Part shown: in pieces, positions 57,664 to 64,000 of the stretch
Numbering within the stretch: the stretch's first letter is position 1
Layout: each line of letters begins with the position of its first letter
NCBI GenBank assembly: GCA_028819235.1
Contig: JAPPMC010000129.1
Location: 28 to 64,027, forward strand
Origin: Bryobacterales bacterium
GTDB taxonomy: Bacteria; Acidobacteriota; Terriglobia; Bryobacterales; UBA6623
Reading direction: 5' to 3'
Length of the DNA stretch: 64,000 nt
Made by a program: the position numbers and the translations under genes
The notes under the pieces: generated by a model
Database searches by the model: none
Seen by the model: only the letters and a program-made list of their open reading frames with translations
Told to the model about the DNA's origin: nothing

Positions 57664-59091
57664 GTGGAGCCGGTGAGGCCGCGACGAGGGGCATTTGCGG
57701 GATTGATCGCGGCCACCCTGTGCTTCGGCGCGGGCCCGGTTCGGTCCGAGGCTCCGTTCGAGGCCCTCTACCGGGAGGCCTACAACAGACGGCTACAGGA
57801 GTTTGGGCCGAAGCATCCCGACACGGTTGAGAGCCTAGTGCGCTTGGGAGCGCTCTTGGCAGCCCATGGCCGAGCCGAGGGCGCAGAGCCCGTTCTTCGA
57901 CAGGCGCTGAAGGTCCAAGACGCGACCGGCCCGGCCGGCTCGGCCACCTTGCTAGAGCTGGCCGACGCCTTGTCGGCGATCGGGCGGAACTCCGAAGCAA
58001 TGGAACTCTATGGCCGATCCCTGAAGCTTGCACCGTCGGGCCCCGAGGGCGCGATGACGCTCCTGAAGATTGCGCGCCTCAGGGAAATGGGCGGAGACGA
58101 CGACGGGGCGCGGCAGGCTTACGTTGAGGCGTTGGAACGATTCGAGACGGTCACACAGTTGTCGGTAGATGAGCTGAGAGCTCGCGCCACGGCAATGAAC
58201 GGTCTAGGGCTTCTGCTCGAGGCGGAGGGCGACCTGCCAGCAGCTGAGGAAGCGTACCGAAACTCCGCTTCCGCCCACGTACTTGCATTCGGCGTCGGGC
58301 ACCCAGCCACCGCCGCCGCCCGCGCAAACTTGGCCAACGCTGTGGCATTGCGCGGAGAGGCGGCTAATGCGGCGGCACTACTGGAGCAGTCTCTGGCCGT
58401 CATGCGAGTCGCTGTCGGGCCTCGCCATGAGGATGCGGCGAGGCTTCTAAACCGTCTCGGCGAGATTTGTGAGACTCTGGGCCGCTTCGACGAGGCACAG
58501 GAGCATTACCTTGATGCATTGGCAGCATGGCGGGATCCATCGCCGTCGCGCGGTTTGGTCTTGGCGGACTTGGGCCGCTTGTCAGGAGTCCGGGGCGATC
58601 CCGCAGCCGCCCAGCAGTCGCTCGCCGAGGCAGTCCGACTGCTAGAGGCCGCTGGCGATGCCTTTGCGATCGACCTTGCAGAGGCGCTTTACTCCTACGG
58701 ATCCGCACTTCGGGCGTTAGGTCGATTGGACGACTCCGAGTCGATCCTGTCTAGGGCTCTCTCGATCCGCGAGCGCAGTTTGGGAGGCTCCCATCCAGAT
58801 GTCGCGCTGACTCTGGTAGGGCTGGGAGGTGTGCTGCACCTCCAAGGCGAGCTCGCTCGGGCAGGGCCGCTGTATCGACGGGCGCTCGAAATCCAAGAGC
58901 GGACGCTTGGCCTTGAGCACGCGGAAGTGGGGGAGACCCTCTATAACTTGGCCCACCTGCAGCGTGCGATTGGCGATTCCGATGGCGCTAGAGAGTCGTT
59001 CCAGAGATCGGCCCGAATCCTGTCCGTCGCATACGGGCCCGATGACCCGTTCGTGGGCGAGATCCGGGCAGTGCTACGCTCGCTGCGCTAA
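57664..59091 (+). CDS. Tetratricopeptide repeat protein (kinesin-light-chain-like 42-aa TPRs)
   Basis: Repeated G..HP..A...NLA and RAL.I.ER.LG..HP motifs. Confidence 0.88.
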   Translation: MEPVRPRRGAFAGLIAATLCFGAGPVRSEAPFEALYREAYNRRLQEFGPKHPDTVESLVRLGALLAAHGRAEGAEPVLRQALKVQDATGPAGSATLLELADALSAIGRNSEAMELYGRSLKLAPSGPEGAMTLLKIARLREMGGDDDGARQAYVEALERFETVTQLSVDELRARATAMNGLGLLLEAEGDLPAAEEAYRNSASAHVLAFGVGHPATAAARANLANAVALRGEAANAAALLEQSLAVMRVAVGPRHEDAARLLNRLGEICETLGRFDEAQEHYLDALAAWRDPSPSRGLVLADLGRLSGVRGDPAAAQQSLAEAVRLLEAAGDAFAIDLAEALYSYGSALRALGRLDDSESILSRALSIRERSLGGSHPDVALTLVGLGGVLHLQGELARAGPLYRRALEIQERTLGLEHAEVGETLYNLAHLQRAIGDSDGARESFQRSARILSVAYGPDDPFVGEIRAVLRSLR

Positions 59092-59258
59092 TCCATTAGC
59101 CAGGCGCGACCGCCGGACGGATCGCGTTCGTGGGATCCGTCTCATAGAGTCCGTTTCCTGAGTACGCGGACCGCCGATCAGGATAGACTCGCATTGCCGC
59201 AGACGCGCCGGACCGACCAGCGGGCTCCTGCACGCATCTTGGGAGGCGAGAGGCCCCG

Positions 59259-59290
59259 GACTTGTAGACTTGTACAAGTGTTAAGATAAT
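59259..59290 (+). promoter_or_regulatory. Candidate promoter with palindromic operator upstream of the TonB receptor
   Basis: TTGTAG (59262-59267)-N17-GATAAT (59285-59290); perfect palindrome ACTTGTACAAGT (59268-59279); direct repeat GACTTGTA x2. Confidence 0.6.
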
Positions 59291-59337
59291 GTTGAAACTG
59301 TCCCACCGGGGGCCAGTAGTTCTTTGGGGGGTTGAGG

Positions 59338-62300
59338 ATGATAAGGAAAGTTTCTCTTTTTATTGCCGCAGTAGCGGTGCTGCTCGCTGTGAGTGTGCAA
59401 CCGGCGCTCGCGCAAGATCTGCGCGGCAAGATCGCCGGCACGGTGGCCGACGCGTCTGGCGCAGTGATCCCGGGGGCGAACGTCACGCTCTCGAACGACA
59501 ACACGAACGTCTCTTCGAGTACCCAGACGAGCGCTGCGGGGCAGTACCTGTTCGACTTTCTGCTGCCCGGCACGTACACCATCACCGTCGAGTCGGAAGG
59601 CTTCCGCTCGTTCCGGCAGCAGAACATTCTCGTCCAGACGCGTGCCGACATCACTGTCGACGCCTCGTTGGAACTCGGTGCGGTAACTGAGACCGTCACG
59701 GTTGAGGAGGCGCCGGTGGCTGTGCAGTTCACCACGACCACCATGGAGACCACGCTCGACACCAAAATGTCGCAGGAGCTGCCGCTGCTCAATCGCAATC
59801 CCTACATGCTCGCGGCCCTCGACCCGGCCGTTAACTACCGGGGCGGCGCCGAGAACGCGCCCTACCACCACTGGGCAATGAGCCAGCTGGATGTCGGAGG
59901 GAACACATCCACGCGCAACAACGTCCTGATGGACGGCGTGCCCCAGCTCGTCGGCGCGAAGGGCGTGTACACGCCGCCGATGGACGCTGTCTCGGAAGTG
60001 AACGTTCAGCAGAACGCCACGGACGCCGAGTATGGGCACAGCGCCGGCGGGATCGTCTCCGTGCAGATGAAAAGCGGCACCAACGACTGGCACGGCACTG
60101 CCTACTACTTCGGGCGCAACCCGGTCCTGAACGCACGGCCCAACGCACTGACATCGCAGAAGAGCGTTGTGAAACGCAGCGTATGGGGAGTCAGCTCCGG
60201 CAATCCGATCGTCAAGAACAAGGTGTTCAACTACATTTCTTACGAAGCCCAGGACGTGCGCTCTCCCGCTACGGTCAATCTGACCCTACCGCGGCCGGCC
60301 GAGAGGGGCGGTGACTTTTCCAACAGTCTCAACCGCCGGGGATCCCTGCGGCAGATCTTCGACCCGCTCACGACTGATCCTGACGGCGACAACCGGTCGC
60401 AGTTCCCAAACAACCAGATTCCCGGGAGCCGCTTCGATCAGACGTCGCTGCGCGTACTCGACAAGACGTGGGAGCCGAACAACCCCGGCGACAACGCGTC
60501 CGGAGCCAACAACTTCCGTCTCGTGTTCCCGATCACGTTCGACTACTGGAATCTCACGAACCGGACGGACTACAACGTCAGCGACAACGTCAAGGTCTTC
60601 GGGCGAATCAGCCGCTTCCACACGACCCAGAGCGAGCCGGACTACTCCGGCTCGGTGGCGCAGCGCCGGCAGGGTAGCGCCCGTAACAGCGTTCAGGCCT
60701 CCGGAGACGTCGTCTGGACGATCTCGCCGTCAACCGTATTCAACATGCGCGGCTCGTGGTCGAAGATTACCGACTCGTTCTACACGCCTCAGGCCCAGAT
60801 CGGTGAGGCCGGATTGGCAGAGCTGTGGCCGAACAACCCGTGGTACGCATCCCACGTGCGCGACATCCCGGCCGTCCACTTCCCGGAAATCCGCGTCGAC
60901 GCCGACGCGGGTACATCCTTCGGGCGTTCCGGCTTCTGGTTCCAAGAGCCCTCGACGTGGAACTTGGAGGCCAAAGTTTCGAAGCAGATGGGCCGCCACT
61001 ACGTCAAGATCGGCGCCCAGTACCGCAAGCAGCTTGTGCTGGCGGCACGACCGCGCGGCATGCGGTTCCGCTTCAACGCAAACCCCACTGCGGACACCGC
61101 AAACAGCCCCAACACCGGCGAGTTGGGCCACGCTTGGGCTTCGATGTTGCTCGGTGTCATGCAGGACGGCAACTGGTCTAGGGCGAGGACAGTCGCCGTC
61201 AACCGTCCGCGCATCGACGTGTTCGGCTTCTTCATTCAGGACGACTACAAGCTGAATTCACGTGTCACCCTGAACTTGGGCCTGCGCTACGAGTACGAGA
61301 CTCCAATGCGGGATCCGGAGTTCCGCCTTTCCCGTTACCTCGACTTCGGCCAAGCGATCCCCGAGGTTGCATCAGCCATGCAGCCCATACCGGACAGCAT
61401 TCTGGCCATGCGCACGACCCCGCTCGATATTCGGGGAGGTTGGGTCTTCACCGACTCGGGCAATCCATATGCGTGGAACGCCCAGACTAATCTCTTCCTG
61501 CCGCGCGCGGGGCTGGCCATCAGGCTCAACTCCCGCACCGCTCTGCGGATCGGCTATTCGAGATACGCCACGCCGCCAATTCAGGAGAAGGGTGGCGGGG
61601 CCTCCGACGCCGGCCTAGACATCCTCGGCAGCACGCCGTATCCGGGCTATGAGATCGAGGGGAGCCCGCTCTCGTCGATCAACGGCACGCCCCGCGCGTT
61701 CTTTGCCGACCCCTTCCCAAGCGGCGGTGCCCACCCGAACCCGCTGCCGGAGCCCTTCGGCCAGCGGTTCGGACGGTTCGCGACCTTGGGATCCAACGAG
61801 GCGAGGTTCTTCCACCAGGACTGGACGGCGGGCGTCAATGACCGCTTCAATTTCTCGGTGCAGCGGGAGATGTTGAGCCGGATCGTCGTCGACGCGACGT
61901 TCTTCATGAACTTCGGCAGCAACCAGCCCTTCGACCGGCGCCATAACCTGCTCGACCCGCGGATCGGCTTCCAGCACGGGACGGCGATCAACCGGGCCAC
62001 GCCGAACCCCTTTTACGGGCTGCCGCAGGAGATCATGCCGGGGCCGCTGGCGAGCCGCAGGAACATTCGCGTTAGGGACTTGCTGACGCCGTACCCTCAC
62101 TTTCTCAGCAACGGGATCAGGGAGCACGTGTTCCCGGGCCGCAGGGAGTGGTACCGGTCGCTGCAGCTCCAACTGCAGAGGCCCTTTGCCAACGGTTTCA
62201 ACTTCATCATGGGATACAACTTCCACCGGTCGCAGAATCAGGACTTCTACGACGAAGTGGATGAGGTCGACCGGATGTTCACCTACCAGGACGACCTCCG

Positions 62301-62811
62301 GGGACGGCACAAGTTCACCTTGGCGGGGATTTACGAGCTGCCGATCGGCCGCAACAAGCCGGTGGGTGCGAACTTCAGTGGGCTGGCGGACAAGATCCTC
62401 GGCGGCTGGCAGCTCAGCTGGCTATACACCTACGTCGGCGGCGAACTGCTCCGGTTCGGTGGCCTGCAGGTCAGTGGCGACCCAGCCATCTCCAACCCGA
62501 CTAGGGAGAGAATGTTCAACACGGATGTCTTCTCGAACCTTGCGCCGTTCACGAGACGGTCGAACCCCTGGAGCTACGCCGGCGTACACGGGCCGCGCTT
62601 CTCGAATATCGACATGGTGTTCGCTAAGCGAACGCACATCTCGGAGAAGGTTGAATTCGAGTTCCGCATGGAGTCCTACAACCTGACAAACAGCTTCATG
62701 GGGGCGAATCCGACCACTAACGTCAACAGCGGCAACTTCGGTCGCGTCGCGAGCAAGGTCCGCACGCACTTCGGCCGCGAGTGGCAGTACAGCGGCCGCT
62801 TCATCTGGTAG
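59338..62811 (+). CDS. TonB-dependent receptor with carboxypeptidase-regulatory-like N-terminus (Oar-like)
   Basis: Signal peptide, G.V.D.SGAVIPGA.V, LPL..RNP, AEYG...GG, FIQDDYKL...TLNLGLRYE, C-terminal aromatic (RFIW). Confidence 0.93.
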   Translation: MIRKVSLFIAAVAVLLAVSVQPALAQDLRGKIAGTVADASGAVIPGANVTLSNDNTNVSSSTQTSAAGQYLFDFLLPGTYTITVESEGFRSFRQQNILVQTRADITVDASLELGAVTETVTVEEAPVAVQFTTTTMETTLDTKMSQELPLLNRNPYMLAALDPAVNYRGGAENAPYHHWAMSQLDVGGNTSTRNNVLMDGVPQLVGAKGVYTPPMDAVSEVNVQQNATDAEYGHSAGGIVSVQMKSGTNDWHGTAYYFGRNPVLNARPNALTSQKSVVKRSVWGVSSGNPIVKNKVFNYISYEAQDVRSPATVNLTLPRPAERGGDFSNSLNRRGSLRQIFDPLTTDPDGDNRSQFPNNQIPGSRFDQTSLRVLDKTWEPNNPGDNASGANNFRLVFPITFDYWNLTNRTDYNVSDNVKVFGRISRFHTTQSEPDYSGSVAQRRQGSARNSVQASGDVVWTISPSTVFNMRGSWSKITDSFYTPQAQIGEAGLAELWPNNPWYASHVRDIPAVHFPEIRVDADAGTSFGRSGFWFQEPSTWNLEAKVSKQMGRHYVKIGAQYRKQLVLAARPRGMRFRFNANPTADTANSPNTGELGHAWASMLLGVMQDGNWSRARTVAVNRPRIDVFGFFIQDDYKLNSRVTLNLGLRYEYETPMRDPEFRLSRYLDFGQAIPEVASAMQPIPDSILAMRTTPLDIRGGWVFTDSGNPYAWNAQTNLFLPRAGLAIRLNSRTALRIGYSRYATPPIQEKGGGASDAGLDILGSTPYPGYEIEGSPLSSINGTPRAFFADPFPSGGAHPNPLPEPFGQRFGRFATLGSNEARFFHQDWTAGVNDRFNFSVQREMLSRIVVDATFFMNFGSNQPFDRRHNLLDPRIGFQHGTAINRATPNPFYGLPQEIMPGPLASRRNIRVRDLLTPYPHFLSNGIREHVFPGRREWYRSLQLQLQRPFANGFNFIMGYNFHRSQNQDFYDEVDEVDRMFTYQDDLRGRHKFTLAGIYELPIGRNKPVGANFSGLADKILGGWQLSWLYTYVGGELLRFGGLQVSGDPAISNPTRERMFNTDVFSNLAPFTRRSNPWSYAGVHGPRFSNIDMVFAKRTHISEKVEFEFRMESYNLTNSFMGANPTTNVNSGNFGRVASKVRTHFGREWQYSGRFIW

Positions 62812-62836
62812 GTCCCGGCGGCCAGCCAGAGTCCTT

Positions 62837-62886
62837 GGAAGGCGGGACGCGCGTCTCGCCTTCCTCGTTCCTTCGAGGACAACGAG
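62837..62886 (+). terminator. Tandem stem-loops after the TonB receptor (terminator or mRNA-stabilising hairpin)
   Basis: GGAAGGCGGGAC-GCGC-GTCTCGCCTTCC (12-bp stem with one G-U), then CTCGTT...AACGAG; no strong U-tract. Confidence 0.45.
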
Positions 62887-62959
62887 AACGAATCTAGCGT
62901 CCGGGCACGGAGTTCTTGAGCGCCCGGACCTCGGCCTTCGATTGCTCGTGCAAGAACGC

Positions 62960-63680
62960 TGGCGCCTTGCCGTCCAGGCTGAGCCGGACAGGCTTTGGTT
63001 GCTTCAAGAACGTGCTTTTGCAGCAGGGCTCTATTCCTCGCGCAGGGACAACCCATAGGCTCGATCTGCTGGAGGGCTCGACGCTCACGAGCACGTTCTC
63101 CATGTTCTCTACCCGGGGTTTTTCACGGACAGAATTCACCCTAATCTCAGGGTTCGCTTTAGGTTCTTGCAGCGTGGCTGGCAGGTGCGGGCCGCACCTT
63201 GGAACGCGAGCTTGCGGCTTCCTATCGATGGCATGACTTGAGTTGGCGGGTTGTCGAGGGATTCCAAGAGTACGGGCAGGATGCGCATATCCTTTAGGGC
63301 AGCAGCTGGCGACCTTGCTGCAGGGGCGCTACGCGCGGCCGATCGGGCATGGGACACGAGGGACGCGGCGTCCAAAAGTAGCCTTGCGCTGGAACTGCAT
63401 TTGCTGGGAGGCGTCGCTTATCCTTGAGCAGTACGGCGGGTCCAGAAAACAGTTCTCCTACCATTCAGTGGTCCCGGCCCGCCACGAGCTCCTGCACGTC
63501 GCCTACACTTGGCAGCGCGAGTGTATCAAGCACGTCGTGCCGGATCCAGCCCGCTTCGAGACCACACCGGTGTCAGAGGATGGGTGGCTGACCAAAGGAC
63601 CGTTCTCGCCGGAAACGGCGAGCTTCCCGGTGCGCCGGCAGGTGGCAAGAGGAACCTTGGACAGCAGAAAGGCTGCATGA
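62960..63680 (+). pseudogene. Heavily decayed BNR-repeat exo-alpha-sialidase-like gene remnant
   Basis: KVAL...WEASLILE...FSYHSVV...LHVAYTWQRECIKHVV.DP resembles the BNR_2 C-terminus (W...L.LE...YSYP.V...VH..YTW.R..IKHV). Upstream frames are broken. Confidence 0.6.
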
Positions 63681-63684
63681 CCCG

Positions 63685-64000
63685 ATGGACTTCGCCACCC
63701 GACGCCACTTCTTGACCGCGTCCCTCGGTCTGCCCGCTTCGCTCGCGAGGGGGCTCCAGCAACACCAGACTCAAGGCTCCGAGGAGCGTCACCGTGTGTT
63801 GGTCTCGACCGACATCGGCGGCTCTGACCCGGATGACTTCCAGTCCATGGTCCACCTCTTGGTCTACTCCGACCTGTTCGACATAGAAGGGATCGTCTCT
63901 TCGCCATGGGGCGCCGGCCGCAAGCGGCACATTCTGGATGTGGTCGATCGCTACGAGGTCGATTACCCGAACCTCCGCACATGGTCCGACCGATATCCGA
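63685..64000 (+). CDS. DUF1593 (nucleoside-hydrolase-like) protein, Tat signal, truncated by window end
   Basis: [10 protein letters not shown]...[38 protein letters not shown]...YEVDYPNL. Confidence 0.85.
   Translation, partial: MDFATRRHFLTASLGLPASLARGLQQHQTQGSEERHRVLVSTDIGGSDPDDFQSMVHLLVYSDLFDIEGIVSSPWGAGRKRHILDVVDRYEVDYPNLRTWSDRYP

Noticed and set aside
1-64000. CRISPR array, rRNA, prophage, reverse transcriptase/retron or riboswitch
   Set aside because: No regularly spaced repeats, rRNA-like tracts, phage genes, YxDD RT motif or riboswitch consensus recognised by eye; an Infernal/Rfam scan of the intergenic gaps would be needed to exclude ncRNAs.

Overview
GC-rich bacterial chromosomal window. 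Gene content (Acidobacteria-type VWFA protein, CRTAC1/ASPIC-UnbV and TPR proteins, Oar-like TonB-dependent receptor, DUF1552/DUF1592 pair) suggests an Acidobacteriota genome, probably Bryobacterales-like; this is an inference. Housekeeping genes: prfB with its programmed +1 frameshift, an A-type heme-copper oxidase operon, an ECF sigma/anti-sigma pair, pcm, selB, aspS, lysS, fabV, moaB, hemL, a RecJ-like gene and tRNA-Ala(GGC). Between them lie many decayed elements: an HExxH pseudogene, a higB remnant with intact higA, an IS1182-derived ORF, a truncated TonB-receptor fragment, an IS4 remnant, a frameshifted Uma2 nuclease and a sialidase remnant. The most interesting locus is 40.0-43.2 kb: a RelE-like/SF1-helicase/TPR-like fusion gene followed directly by a small ORF that is a diverged stand-alone copy of the helicase's own C-terminal 58 residues (31/58 identical, ungapped), a candidate undescribed two-gene defence or toxin-antitoxin module. 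A second candidate is a catalytically dead but uninterrupted IS1182-derived ORF behind a near-consensus promoter. All family assignments come from motif recognition by eye; no database searches were run.
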